Assembly (NCBI RefSeq): GCF_006345805.1
Contig: NC_043008.1
Coordinates: 54,374,001-54,438,000 of the forward strand
DNA: 64,000 nt
Reading direction: 5' to 3'
DNA from: Octopus sinensis
Lineage: Eukaryota
Below the pieces are notes generated by a model. It saw nothing but the letters and a program-made list of their open reading frames with translations. It made no database searches and was not told the origin of the DNA. Position 1 is the stretch's first letter, and every line of letters begins with the position of its first letter. Shown piece by piece: positions 63,843-64,000 of this stretch. The translations under genes were made by a program, and so were the position numbers.

Positions 63843-63880
63843 CTGTCTGATGAACGGCAACAGGAAACTCAGAGTAACAG
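63843..63880 (+). ncRNA. Minimal hammerhead motif in a foldback
   Basis: CTGT-CTGATGA-acggcaacag-GAA-AC-TCAGA-GT-A-ACAG. Stem II is weak; a degenerate inverted copy lies at 63799..63836. Confidence 0.55.
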
Positions 63881-64000
63881 GTTTTGTTGAATTTTCTGCT
63901 GCTTTAAATAAAGTATATATTTCGTGTCCGTTGCCAGCCTCGCCTGGCCCTTGTGCCGGTGGCACATAAAAAGCACCATCCGTTCGTGGCCGTTTGCCAG

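Overview
Eukaryotic, AT- and microsatellite-rich genomic DNA. The SINE repertoire looks cephalopod, probably Octopus (inference from repeat sequences only). Two intron-rich genes lie on the + strand. (1) An Amt-family ammonium transporter: 9 coding exons from 1068 to the stop at 25952, first exon(s) upstream of the window, with both pore histidines and an unusual ~208-aa C-terminal tail. (2) LRRC23: 6 coding exons from 49991 to 63509, continuing past the window. All exons have GT-AG sites and consistent phases. Two tRNA-Ala(AGC) copies sit in LRRC23 introns. The rest is mostly mobile DNA: four tRNA-derived SINE families (here called A-D), fragments of CR1, RTE, Tx1/L1, HERO-like and Dong/R4-like LINEs, mariner fragments, MITEs, Helentron-type HINEs and mini/microsatellites. 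The least expected signal is a set of type I hammerhead ribozyme (HHR) motifs, most with palindromic stem III, carried by short non-coding elements beside (TA)n tracts and often arranged as foldbacks (Penelope/retrozyme-like). These include a canonical GUC ribozyme at 31203-31284 whose predicted cut site nearly coincides with a repeat boundary, and a U3-A8 covariant core at 11173-11209. No prokaryotic features or CRISPR arrays were found. All calls are by eye; no searches were run.
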